A stretch of 64,000 bases of DNA, from positions 1-64,000 of the forward strand of contig FLMG01002354.1 of NCBI GenBank assembly GCA_900088475.1, read 5' to 3'. Positions 1-11,954 of this stretch are shown piece by piece (the stretch's first letter is position 1; the number at the start of each line of letters is the position of its first letter). The position numbers and the translations under genes were made by a program. The notes below the pieces were generated by a model that saw only the letters and a list, made by a program, of their open reading frames with translations, was not told the DNA's origin and did no database searches. The DNA comes from Hyphochytrium catenoides (Eukaryota > Protista > Hyphochytriomycota).

Positions 1-1004
1 ACACGCAAAGCAGGCAGCAGATGATACACAGGAGAAGAGAGATCAGCGGTGTGTCCGAGCGGCGGTAGAGGACTTGTCGTGGAGTTGTGCAAGGACACGA
101 TGACCGTCAGCAGTTTTCCTTTACTCTTCTTCTTTGCCGTCCATCCGGTCTGGTCTGTGACCCAGCTACAGTTGTTTGTCTCGACGAATTCTGAAGTTCT
201 TGTTCCTGTTGTTGGGCCTCATCAAAGTGTCGATATTCGCGTTAATCGGACCTCATCAATCTCATCTTGATTGCATGTTTCCCATTTTATTTTCTGCTGC
301 TGCTCCTGCTCATTCTTCTTTCCCATTCCCCATTCCCCTTTCCAAATCAATTGTCCGCATAATCAAAGCCATTTTTGGTGGGTGATAATCAAGTTGAGGT
401 AACTAGATCTGTGAGCACTAAGCACCTAGCACTGTCCTCTTTCCTCCTCCTTCCAAATACTTACAGAAGCATTTTTCCGTGTTTCAGAGAAATTATAAAA
501 GGCGAAGGCTGTCTCACTCAGCTGCTGTCTCTGGATCAGGACGATGGATGTTGAACCTTCAGCACCCGCGCCGCCACTCTTATTAGCTCTCTTATTAGTG
601 CTGCGGCTTCGTAGGAACACGAGAGACAAGGTTGCAGGCGCAGCTGCTAGGCTTGAAAGCACCACGCATCAGAGAGCAAGGATGTTCTCGGGTCGTTGCG
701 CTTTTTCTCTACCAGGATCAGCAAGTCTTGCCTGTAGCTGCTAGAAGGGGGAAAGTGAGGACTAAAAAACTTTAAACAACATATTTGTGAATTACAGCCG
801 TATCCGTTGCCGATCTGTAAGATTGAGAACGCTGAAACCTGATGGTGGGCATTCCAATGTTTATTGTTATGAGATGTGATGAGTATGTGTGTCTCACGCC
901 CTCCAAAAGTTGCTGGGAAAGTAGCAGCTGCCTCCAGCTCTGAACCCGGTTGTCTATGATGGAGCGGCCTGGAAGTATCCTTTAGTCTAGGAGAAGGCTG
1001 ACCG

Positions 1005-2304
1005 TTAGTGAGCTATGCCCACTTCTATAACCGCAGTCACCGTGACGATGACTGCAGCCGACAGTAGCCATGAGAAGCGTGAGTAGCCACCTGGAGCCGC
1101 AGCTTTCAGGCTTGGGGTGCACACGACAATAGGTTCTCCAGAATCATCAAAGACGTTGTCCCTGAAAGGAGTGCCGAAGAAGGGCGAGCGGTAATACTTC
1201 TTCTGCCCTCGAATGTCCTCGACGGTAGATTTCTCGTAGGTCTCTCCTCCAAAGAACTCTGGAGCTCCGCACCTCCACAAATCCTTCCCATACTATGAAG
1301 AGAAGTGTTGTTAGTGGTGGCATTTCAGTACAGAGTCGCGGTGTTCCCCTATCTCAAGTTGTCGAGCCATTTACAGAGCCTCTTCTGCGTTCTTTCTCGT
1401 CCATGTCGTTTCCCGAATCCTCGTCTCTGTTGTCCCCTTCTCTGTCCACCAAGCTATTTCCCACGCCACCCCAGCGGCAGCAAACCGGCGTTGTGATGCG
1501 CCTCAGGCATTGTTAGCTTTTACCTTGCACGACAAGAATAAGTTCTCACAGGCACTCTGCTCCGATGGGAAAGAAGGTGCGAACAGAAGAGCGGACCTTA
1601 GCTAGTGTCTGAAACCTCATTAGATACATTAGATTCCTACCTTACAAAGATTGAGACTCCTTCCTTGAGCATCACACCTGGGAAAGTTCATCCAGCAGAA
1701 GTAGTTTCGGAAGGCGTTCTGGCAATCAGGGTTCTCGAAGAATCGAGTGGCTGGCTCCCCAGCTTCCCCAATCTCATTAATGCCTAACAGTGGAAAGAGC
1801 CAAGTTTAGTCCCTTAGAGTCTTCATCTGATAGCCACTGCATCAAGGACATACCTTTCGATATCAGTGTATCGTTTGTCTCTATTTGTATCCTCTCGGCT
1901 ACAATCCGCTTAACATTTTGCTCAATCCACCTGTCCTTGGCAGTGACCGAGTGCTCCGACCATAGACTCTGCCATGATGCGTAAGCAGGAGGAGGGGACG
2001 GACTAGTTAGGGTGAATGGCTTGGTATAAGTAGTTGTTGAGCTCAGCTTTGGGCGTACCGCATGCCTAGGAAGACAAGCTTTATAGTTGACGACAGCGGC
2101 GCAAAAAGGCATCTCTTGCGGAAAGTCGGAAGGTTCCGTGCAGACCCCAGAGTCATACCCCAGAATCTCGCAGCTAATGACAACTCTTGGTGCGCTGATC
2201 AGAATGGATAGGAGGAGCAGCACTGAGGAACGAAATGAGCGCTTAAGAATCAGCCTGTCATCCTGTCCTTTGTAACACTTGCCTCCAGCAATTGGGGCAT
2301 CCAT
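1005..2304 (-). CDS. Secreted/membrane-anchored Cys-rich protein with a Frizzled-CRD/Mid1-like domain (5 exons)
   Basis: GT-AG splicing gives a continuous frame: hydrophobic SVLLLLSILISAPRVVIS, then CEILG..C..MPFC..ACLP|SLWSEH..|GINEIG..RFFENPDCQNAFRNYFCWMNFPRCDAQGRSLNLCK|SACENLFLSCK|YGKDLWRCG..VCTPS, ending in a hydrophobic C-terminus. ATG at 2304, stop at 1005. Confidence 0.7.
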
Positions 2305-3079
2305 GGCGCTACTTCTTGTTCCTCGTCTTCCACTCCTTCGGGACGGCGTGAACTCTAGAAGTTTCCCTTCTTCATGGATAGGATAGTTTGACTCTTCCCG
2401 CCACAACGTGCAGCTTAGCCGTCGGATGAGCAGGTATAAGAGGCAACTAAGGCGCGGTTTGGGCTTTTGAAGTAACGACGCGACAGAGAACTCCCTTCCT
2501 AGGGGAAGCTAAGAAAATAGGAAGCAACAGGGGTTGGCTTGCTCTGGACTAAAAGGCATGGGTTTCTAAAGGTAGGGATTGAGGTAAAGTAAGACGAAGA
2601 GAGAGAAGGATGGCTGCAATAATTAGATGTGAGGTAAGGGCTTTTTTTCCGAGGTCCAGCCACATAAACAATCTATCTGCAGCCTTAGCAGGTGGAATGA
2701 ACTAGCTCAAGCGAGTGGAAGAGAAAGATATATGAAAGGGCAGAGACAGCGACACAAGAGAGTCGAAAGAGAGAAAATAGTGGGGTCACAAAAGAAAGAA
2801 AGGAGCAGTGGTGGCGCTCCCGCATCCCTTCGCAGCGGCAGGCGGGCAAGGTCTAGCAAGACAGCAAGACCCTACGGTTTGTTCTCGTACGACCCTCGAG
2901 GAGCTAAACATGATGACAGCGCAGGTGCTTCCTTCAACAAACGCGGAGAGACAGCCAAAGCTTTCCTATGGAAGTCTGTGAATAATTTGCCAGAAATCCC
3001 AGTACCGTTTTGCAGTAGTAAGTTATTAGCCGTTAGCCCCTTGCCGTTATGAAGGTCGTTGGGCAACTTCAACAAGGGA

Positions 3080-3245
3080 GAACAAGAGAAGACCACACGA
3101 ACACAGAGAGAAGAAGAGAGATTAGAGACAGAGGAAGAAAGAGAGGGAGAGAGAGAATAACAGAGAGAGAGAGAAGAGTCGCTCTTATGAGAGGGCGAAA
3201 GAGAGAGAGAAGAGAGAGAGAAAAAGGAAAGAGAGAGAGAAGTGT
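3080..3245. repeat. GA-rich polypurine low-complexity tract
   Basis: Imperfect (GA)n runs such as agagagagaagagagagagaaaaaggaaagagagagaga. Confidence 0.8.
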
Positions 3246-3641
3246 GAGAATCTATTACGGAGAAAGCAATGTCAGACGCGGAGACAGAAGTATAGGGAAG
3301 TCAACAGGAGGCAAACTCGATCGGAGTAAGAAGCTAGGGTAAGGCGGAAGGGGAAAAGCAGGTAATAAGGGGCAGTTTCGTAAACGCAGCGGACCGAAGT
3401 AGAGCGAGCATCAACAGATCCGGTTACGGTGCAGGCAAAGGCGACCGCGGGCCGCCCTGTTGCCGCTCTAGAAGATAGTCTTGAGACAGCGCAAGTTTGG
3501 GACGTCTTACATAGAATAACGTCACGCATTGTTGTGAGTTCTAAGCAAGGTGCTCTATTTCTATGTTATCCACAGTATCTGACTTGGCATATCGCTGTCC
3601 AGCTAGCTACTAGTAGCAGGACCTTGATGTACCGTTTGCTA

Positions 3642-5357
3642 TTAGTTTCCCTTCCTCTTCTGGCTCTTGCCGGAGTTAGTTAGGCTACTGAAGTCAACGG
3701 GAGCCATGTCAGGAGTTAACGTCTGGATGGTGAGATTCATATCCATGAACAGCGCTGATGGAGAGGCTTGGTGTTGCATAGCGGCGCCAACCTTGAGGAG
3801 CTCCTCCACCGAGGCAATGGCATTTGAAATGTCCCAATGGCTAGAGTAGAATGGAGAGTGGACGGGAGGCACGTACTGGGCAGGTGAGCTGTTCTGAAAG
3901 CACAATGGTCCACCGTAGCCAGCTCCATAGTTGAGGGGATCAGCCGTCCTTGGAAATGACTTTGAAGGACCAGCTAACCTGGAGCTCTTAGCTGCTTTCG
4001 AAGTAGCCTTTTCAGTCTTCTGTCCGGATAAACAGCGCTTCACTTGCGGTGGTGGTTCCGTATCGACGGCCTGACCGTTGAATACCTTCTTCTTGAGTCC
4101 CTCGGATGCTTTGTCATTCGTCGAGGACGCACTAAGAGTTTTCGGGATCTTCGTTCCACCACCTACAGCTTGCCGATCCTTGACGATTACGCCTAACTTG
4201 CTCCGCTCTAACCCAGATTTGCGTCGCCACTGGTCCACCGCATATTCTCGGGGATTAGACCCCTCCGCCTGGCCATCTAAATGTGCAGAGTCTTTGGTCT
4301 TTACTCTGTGCTTCTTCGGTTGCATCTCTTTCCCGAGGGTTGCCGATGCGGAGTCCATCGCCCGCAACGCGCTCGATGTCTGCACAGCCTCGCTGCATCT
4401 TTTTAGGTTGTTCCGAAGGCATGTTTCCCTTTCTACGGACGACTGAGAGCCTCTCACGTTTGACGAAGAGCTGGAGGTTGACGCTTCAGTGCCGGCATAA
4501 GGCTGTGACGCGGACGATGGGCTATGAATACTCCGCTCGGTGCTCTCGGGAAGCAAGGGCACGCCTTTCCGCGATAATAGCTCTCCTTGAGTCATCGAAC
4601 CTGTCTCTCCATGGCAGACTTTGGAGTTCGATATCGCAGGCGAAGGGTCTCTGAGGTGGCCTAAGACGGACTCTGAGACTGTTCTGGAGCTCTTATTCCC
4701 CTCGATAGGCTCATTATAAGCGATGGCTATACTCTCCTGTCTATCGCTAATTGCCCTATCTGGCTCTCCTGCCATGGATTCGGGCAAAGTGCTGATGGCT
4801 TTAAATTTGTCGTCTGCTTCACGAACCTTGTGCTTCCCGATTTGAAGCTTTGTCGCCGCCATCGGTCGGGACTGCGCTAAGAAAGAAGAGTCTCGGCTGT
4901 GATCCTTCTGGTGTTTATCTTTATGTTGTCTTGGTTCCTCAGGGCCATATTGTCTTGATTCCTCAGCGCCGGATAGGGAGGCATCACAGAAGAATGAGAT
5001 CGCCGGTGCTTGGAAGGGAAAAGTTCGTCCCGGAAGCGTGTCAGACTCCTCTGAAGGAGCAACGCGTCGCCTTTGATAAAGCCTGAAGAGTCTATGAGCA
5101 AAGGGCGGGTGTTCTAAAGAGTATACCATCACCGTCGCACGAGCCAAGGCTGCAGCCTTGTGGCCTCCGGAGGTTTGGCTCCTTTTTCCTGTATCCCCAA
5201 CCCGTGTGGGAAGGCCATCGTTAATCCTTCTGCGGCCCTTTCTCTTGGTCGCAATGGCCGTGGCTTGGTCTTTGTGGCCAAGATGACTAACGCCGAGGTC
5301 TGAATTGTTGAAGCCCTCAGCTGGTGCTTGTTGTGGGCCTTCCATAGAGGAGTCCAT
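3642..5357 (-). CDS. Hypothetical, largely disordered S/K/R-rich protein (571-aa ORF; 5' structure unresolved)
   Basis: 1.7-kb uninterrupted ORF with no recognised domain. I could not phase upstream exons. Confidence 0.65.
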   Translation of the reverse strand: MDSSMEGPQQAPAEGFNNSDLGVSHLGHKDQATAIATKRKGRRRINDGLPTRVGDTGKRSQTSGGHKAAALARATVMVYSLEHPPFAHRLFRLYQRRRVAPSEESDTLPGRTFPFQAPAISFFCDASLSGAEESRQYGPEEPRQHKDKHQKDHSRDSSFLAQSRPMAATKLQIGKHKVREADDKFKAISTLPESMAGEPDRAISDRQESIAIAYNEPIEGNKSSRTVSESVLGHLRDPSPAISNSKVCHGETGSMTQGELLSRKGVPLLPESTERSIHSPSSASQPYAGTEASTSSSSSNVRGSQSSVERETCLRNNLKRCSEAVQTSSALRAMDSASATLGKEMQPKKHRVKTKDSAHLDGQAEGSNPREYAVDQWRRKSGLERSKLGVIVKDRQAVGGGTKIPKTLSASSTNDKASEGLKKKVFNGQAVDTEPPPQVKRCLSGQKTEKATSKAAKSSRLAGPSKSFPRTADPLNYGAGYGGPLCFQNSSPAQYVPPVHSPFYSSHWDISNAIASVEELLKVGAAMQHQASPSALFMDMNLTIQTLTPDMAPVDFSSLTNSGKSQKRKGN

Positions 5358-6110
5358 GGACGTCTACCTCGAGGGTTTCACCTAACAGTCTTTCTAGAGA
5401 CACTCACCGCTTGATATTCGCTATGGTCATCTATGTTTTAACATGCTCTCCTCAGCGCTGCCTGTGACCATGCGGCTGCATAGCCTTCTGTCCTTCCTAT
5501 CTTCTAACAGTCTCTCCTCACTCCGTGTGGCTGACAACTTTGTTTGTCAGCGACTGTCTGGTCCTGGAGTTGACGCTTCCATCAACTGCTCCGTCAAGAG
5601 CAGCAGCAGCAAGTGACCGTGCCAGAAGACAGAGGACAGGCCTTTGCGGTACTGGTAACGGCTTTTCTCTCTTTCTGATTAGCTTATTCATTATATGAAT
5701 GGCCCTGATTCCTGACACCATAACAATAGGGACTGTCATATAAGAAAAGTTAGTGCTGGCTATCTTGAATCCGCACTCGCGCGCGCCCTAGAGAATGTAG
5801 GTCCAGTGAAGGGTGACGAGTGATGAGAACGAGGCTTCTGATCTTCATGAGCACGGCCGCACTCTGTCTGTGAGACCTTCCCGCATGCCCTCCGCCTCCT
5901 CCTGTCAACTCTTCGCTTGGTGTTCAGCGTCTAGGCAATGATAGCTGGTTGTCGTGAGATAGCACTGTTCTGAGGCTCCTCCCTGTACCGTTGACTCCAC
6001 CTGGGCCCCTCCCTCAGCTACCTTTCGTTCATACCGTCTAGCTCCTCTACAACCCTATCTCCGTAACTCCTTTGTCCTGTCATCTGCTACGTAAGACCCC
6101 GGTACCAAAG

Positions 6111-8673
6111 ATGGGAAAGCAGAAGGGTGGACAAGATAGAAGGGCCGGAGGCGGAGCAGGAGGTAAGGGGGGTGGAAGAGGTAAGAGGTCTGGAGGAGGC
6201 ACCGGAGGAGGCGCTAAGGGCCGACCACGCCATCATCATACTGAACGGCAGCTGGCAGAGAATGCAGCAGAGCTGCAGGATGTAGGAGAAGAGACCGAGC
6301 TTGACCGGTCCAGAAGGCTCTTCCCTGTCGGTCTTTATATGTGGGATTTCCAGCAATGCGACGCCAAGCGGTGCACCGGCAGGAAGCTCTGCCGATTAGG
6401 TATCGTCGTCGTCGTCTACTTAACCTCTAACCTTCTCGTCGGACTATCCCTATCATATGAGCTTTCCTTTGCTTTCTCTCTCTCTTTATCGCATATTCAA
6501 GCTTCCTTTGCTCCTCCTTCTCCGGCTTTCTTAGGGGCTTTCACCTCCTTGCAACTGCTGTGCTTGACTCTCCGCATCGGGCTTTCTCACTGCCCCTCGC
6601 TCCTACTCTATTGTTCTCCAACCTCCCGCTTGGTTAAGGCAGTTTTCGCGGTGTATGGCTCGCTTTTTCTTCGTCAAAATACTTAATCAGCTCTTCCCGT
6701 CGACTCTTCAATTCTCTCACGTTTCCCATAATCTCAGGATATATGAAGTCTATGAGAATCGGCCAGCCATTTCGAGGAGTTGTGCTAAGCCCAAATGCGA
6801 ATCGGACAGTCTCCAGAGAGGACAGGGTAAGTTGTCCAAAGCCATGAAATGCTATTCTCTACCTGTGTGCTATTCCTCTAGATATGAAATCCGTGCGCCT
6901 TGTCTTGCTGTTGGTGTTCTTTCACTATTGCAGGGCTTTGCTTCTCTCATTGCTACTCGTTCATCCATCCTCTTAGTGAACTTTTCTGCCTCGGACCCTT
7001 CTCCTGCGTATGCATTCGCATCCATCTCAGCTTTCTCTACCACTTGACGTCCCTCTCTCGCTCCGCCACTGCATATTAATATCTTCTATCGCTGTAGGAA
7101 ATTGTTGAGCAGCTTGGCATCTCAGTCATTGACTGCTCTTGGGCCAAAATTGAGGAGATCCCATTCAAGCAGCTCCGCACTGGGTCACATCGCTTGTTAC
7201 CTTACTTAGTGGCCGCCAACACTGTGAACTATGGCAGACCGCTCAAATTGACTTGCGCAGAGGCAATAGCAGCGACATTGTACATCGTAGGTTTAAAGGT
7301 GAGATCCCTTGTAGAACGACTAACCTAAGAGAAATCAGCCAAAAAAGTGGTGGACTCGTGAGGGCGAAGATGTGTAAACAGGCATGGTGGACGAGCGATC
7401 TCTATTCTATTCACGTCACGTACATCAGGAACTGGCGGAGCAGACCATGAGCGAATTCAGTTGGGGACCAGAGTTTATCCGGCTCAACCAGGTACGACCG
7501 TAGGTCGTGCACTGTTTGTCTTCCCGACCATTGCCAGAGCTCCATTCTCAGTTCCTGAAGTGTGAGCATTCTTCTGTGCTACATTGCCTTCGTTGGTGGT
7601 CCTCCGGCGTTGGTGTCCCGCCCAAGATCAATGGCAGCTATGAGACTAATGGTCGTGTTTAGGTGTTCTTGGATGCCTACGCTGAGTGTGCTTATGGGAC
7701 AGAGGTTGTGGAGACACAGGTACCATCGCATCGACATTTCCGTTATCAGTCTTGCGCAAAATAGGTTACGGCTCGTGTTTGGCGCTCGGCGGCAGGTTTT
7801 GAGCTTTGCATTCTAGTTTTTGAACTGTCGTCATGCGTACATCATACTTGGTCTCTCTATATCGTTACTCTATCACTCCTTTACGCCAATGGGTACCTGA
7901 GACTAACAATTGGGCTCATGGGCACCTAGAACCGTCTTCTGGACGAAATGCAGAGCGCCAAGGCCTCAAGGCGGGCGTTTATGGAGCTTCCACCAAGCAG
8001 TGACGAAGAGGATGACGATGAGGAGGATGAGAGTGCGGAGGTTGACCGAAAGGACGGTTTGGAGGAAAAAGATGAGGCTAAAGGAGACGCTGAAGGAGAG
8101 TTAGTTGCCTCGTCACTTGATCGGGTAGAAAGGCTGGAGGAAGAAGTGCAGAACGAGCATGCTATGGCCAGACAAAGTCTTAACATTGGGCCACGTGTAG
8201 AAGGCTTAAACGAGGAGACAGCAGAAGAGGACGAGGAAGACCACTCTGCCCAGTTGCTATCTCCATCAGTGAAGGCAGAAGTGGCCACCACGCTTTTTGA
8301 CCCCAGCTTTCAGCACGGTAAAGAGGCATTTTATCAACAGTCCTATTTTGGAGAAAGGCCGTCTTCGAAAACGTCCGTTCCTCCGGTGGGACAGGCAGCG
8401 GAGAGAAACGCGGTGCTCTTTGGACAAGCCATTGGAGACGGAGAGGAAAATCCTCTATCCGCAGCTGCCCAACGCGCGGTTAACAATCTCAAAAGCCCGA
8501 ATGACGTAACGAGACCGGAGGTCGAGGAAGACAACTTGGGGATTGCGGGGGATCCGCAGCTGACGGCCCGGAGTGGTGATGCGAAGCTCTCACTGCCACT
8601 CTCTTATCTTGAACGGTGGACTCTCGATCAAGAGGAGGCTGCGGAGCCAGAGGCGGAAGGCCCTTTCCTTTAG
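6111..8673 (+). CDS. TSR3: 18S rRNA aminocarboxypropyltransferase Tsr3 (6 exons)
   Basis: Spliced motifs [74 protein letters not shown]. All introns GT-AG. Long acidic last exon. Confidence 0.93.
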
Positions 8674-9191
8674 GCTCCCCCTCTCTTTCTGGAACAGTCT
8701 TGGCAAAATGAAGGCCGAGGCCGAGGATCATGTCAATTAGTATGAGTTTTTTCACTTTGTGGCCTCAACTCTAGTGCAGTGGAGCCACCACTTGAAGGTG
8801 GAACGAAGAGATATCATTTTGTGCTTGGGGGGGACAACAGTCGACCAGTCCATCTGGCTCTTCATCTAGTGTCGAAGCTCTGCCGGTTGTAGCTGAGGGT
8901 AGAGCAAGGTGCCATCCTCGAATAAGATTAGAGGACATGAGCTGGTCTCAAGCAGAACCCACCGACCGACTGACTCGCCGTCATCTTCTATTCTTCCGTC
9001 TAGCACTGAAGGACGCAAAAGTCTTCTTTTGTCAATATACTCCGTTGGTCTTAGTGTATGATAGGCTTTATTTCTTTCCAGTGAGAACCTGCTCTAATAA
9101 TCAAAATAAATAAGGGTGAGAGGTGGTCTGAGTGCTGCGTTCTCTTCAAAGAAGGTTCCTCCAAGAGTGGGGCCGCCCCCAACTGGAACTA

Positions 9192-11954
9192 TTATAGGCT
9201 CCGTCGGTAGTGAAGGTTCGCGCGCCTGAATCTTAACAGGACGGGCCTTGCGGTGTGTCTTAGATACCACATTGTCTCCTTGAAACCCAAGGAGAGCACT
9301 GAGTCTTCGTTGATAGCCACCACAACGCTGCCCTCGAGTTCCAAAGAGCGTGATGGTTGACCAGGGTAGGACGTGCGTCGGAGCCACCGAGAAGGAGCGG
9401 TTGACTGAATTCTGCGTACTTCCACTGAAAGGCCGTCAAAACCAGTCTCCAACTGTAGGCCCATGAGACCTACACGCCGCCAGACGAAACAAGCAGAGAG
9501 GGAAGAAGTTAGGTCAAATGGGTTCTCTGTGTCCCTTTGGCGGCGGCGGGTTTCACTTTCGAAATGCGGCGGGGTCTCATTTGCCTCAAAGCTTTTGAGC
9601 TGATAGCAATATCAGGGAGAAACAGTCGTAGCTCAGAATAAACAAACATAGACACCTCTCAGGCTGTGAAAGGCGAAGCAACCCGTAGCTGGTCGTAGAG
9701 CTGGTTCATCAGTTTCTGGTCTTGTGTCCTCACCTTCTCCGAAGAGGACTTCAATCTCGCCCTCTGCCATTGGAGGCTTTGGAAGCAGTGGGACTATGGG
9801 CCGAGCGACGATTGAATCATAGAGATCGCTCAGGAAGTCCGCTGGAAAGTCCTCACCTCCATCGATTCCGCTGTTGATTTTGATGAACTCGTCCTGAAAG
9901 TGATTAGAAAGGCTAGATTAGTGTCGGTTGTTTCCTTACGCTTGGCTTCCTAGCGTCAACTCTCTCTCCGCTTTCTCACCCTTAATTATTAAAGTCTTCT
10001 TAAGCGAAATGTCCCTGTGATCTTATATCTCTTCTGTTCGCCAGTTCTACCCTTCTGTTCTGCTGGTGGCTCTGTCATCAATTTAATCCAACTCGCTCGC
10101 TCTACCTCGGAGTCTATCTTCCCGCCCTGTAACCAACCCGGCTTCACCTCCAGCTTCAAGCTCTTCACGAGCCTAAAGTGCTTTACCTTTGACATTTTCT
10201 GCCGGTTTACTAAAGAAGGGTGATGGGCCTCGGTACTGAGCATAATGACAGAGAAGGAAAGAATGTGAAGCCCATCGGCTGTTCTTGCCGTCCTCTCTTG
10301 CTCCGTCTTTTCCCTCTCTCGCTGGTAGAAAGATTCTGCAAAGGCCTGGAGAATGCGGTCGATCTGCTGGGCCTCTCCTTTCCACTGGAAAGTACCCAAA
10401 AAGACCCGCAGCGCGACATCGTAGGCCGTGCATTTAAAGTCGAAGGCTAGGGAGAGTGAGAAGGATCTTATGAGCCATGCACAGACGTACGAGCAGAGGC
10501 GTCAAAAGCAAACCGCCGCTTGTCAAATAATGAGGACAAGCGAGGGACGGACAGATTAGGGACTAGAAGCTCTACGGGAAGGGTACGGCCACAGAAGTCG
10601 TCTGAGATCTAAGCAGGGTTACGACCTACATTTAGCGTAGGAACGCAAAATGCTTATATGAAGTGGATCAGGACTGGAAAGGAGCTCTCCTATCTGGAAA
10701 GCGGAACATGTGATAGGTCAGCGGTCAGCAAAAGATGGAAAGTCAGAACCAAGGCGTAGAGAGGCACTTGAGCGATTGATTTTTGCCCCGAGGGCCGTAT
10801 TCAGGAAATTCAACAGAGTCACGAAGACGTACCCTCCGTCGGTCCAACCCTCTGGCCCTTCGAAGAAACTGTGCGATGCCTAATGCGCTGCGCGCTAGCT
10901 CTGTCATTAAGAGTTATGATCAACCAACCCTCCTTGCTCGGAAGAAGAATCGCAACTCGATGAGAATCTATTGTAGGAATCAAAAATTGAAAACCATCCG
11001 GGCAGGACCCAATGTAAGAACTGCCCAGTACCCTTGAGGACTTTGAAACAGAGACTCTTGAAAAAGAGCTGGGGAAGCATTAGCTCTCAAGACGGCTCAG
11101 TTAATTAAATCGGAGAGATGGGAGGAGAGAACGACGAAAAAGGAAACTGAAGACGGTTGTACCTGAACGCAAGAGGAAGTCTACCGCCAACGCTGGATCT
11201 TCATTGAACTGCTGAACAAGAGCGCAGTGATAGTCTGCGGAACCAAAAGGCTGGTGAAGAAATCAGCGGTTAAGGATACTTTTGCAATCGGAAACTGCTA
11301 GTGTCAAGAAATGTGTCAATGTAGGGTAAGACGGTGCTGAGAAGGGAGAGAGCGCATGAGCAGCATGGGCATCTAGAGCGAGAATTTAACCTAGGTCTCA
11401 ACAATGGGCTCTAAAGATAGATTAGTGCAAGTGCTTAAGAGAAGTACTGACATAAAGGGCAATCATTACCCTGGCAAAGCGGTCATAGAAGCCTTCTATA
11501 GGTCAAAGACCAGCCTGAGACTGTAGGCATAAGATACTAGTGAAGACAGGCTAAAAGTAATGAAACACACCTCATGCTCCTCGTCTTCTGGGGAGTAGAC
11601 AAGGCGATGAATGTGAAAATATCCGCAGTCCGCGCACTGGCGATGCGGGGAGCCCGCTACTGTTTTTGAGGATGACGACCGTCTACGCGTTCGGCTAGGC
11701 GACGAAGACGATGGGGAGCGCGAGTAACTGGAAGAAGAAGGAAGGGAGAGGGGCTTGAAGATCTCGCTAGGGAGAACTCTTGTTGGATACCGACTCTGGT
11801 AGATAGACCGTTTCCAGTCGCTGGTAGGAGTATTTACCGCCGGTTGCTCTCCATTCTCCTCACACAGGCCTGCCTGTAGTTCTTTGGCTGACTCGCTACT
11901 TCGGTTCGCTGGTGCTAGAGATGAGGGAGATGAGATGAAGGCATTCCGCCTCAT
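9192..11954 (-). CDS. Sec7-domain Arf guanine-nucleotide exchange factor with C-terminal PDZ-like domain
   Basis: Sec7 motifs ALRVFLGTFQWKGEAQQIDRILQAFAE (catalytic Glu in GEAQ), HILSFSVIMLSTEAHHP, KMSK|DEFIKINSGIDGGEDFPADFLSDLYDSI. Last exon is PDZ-like. Exon boundaries between 10.7 and 11.3 kb are approximate. Confidence 0.82.

Noticed and set aside
2-420. Possible 3' end of a gene entering the window
   Set aside because: Only short open frames on either strand and no recognisable motif, so it cannot be supported.
3049-3342. R/E-rich 97-aa ORF, and similar ORFs at 18425 and 59478-60094
   Set aside because: These are translations of GA/CT microsatellite-like tracts with no other coding evidence.
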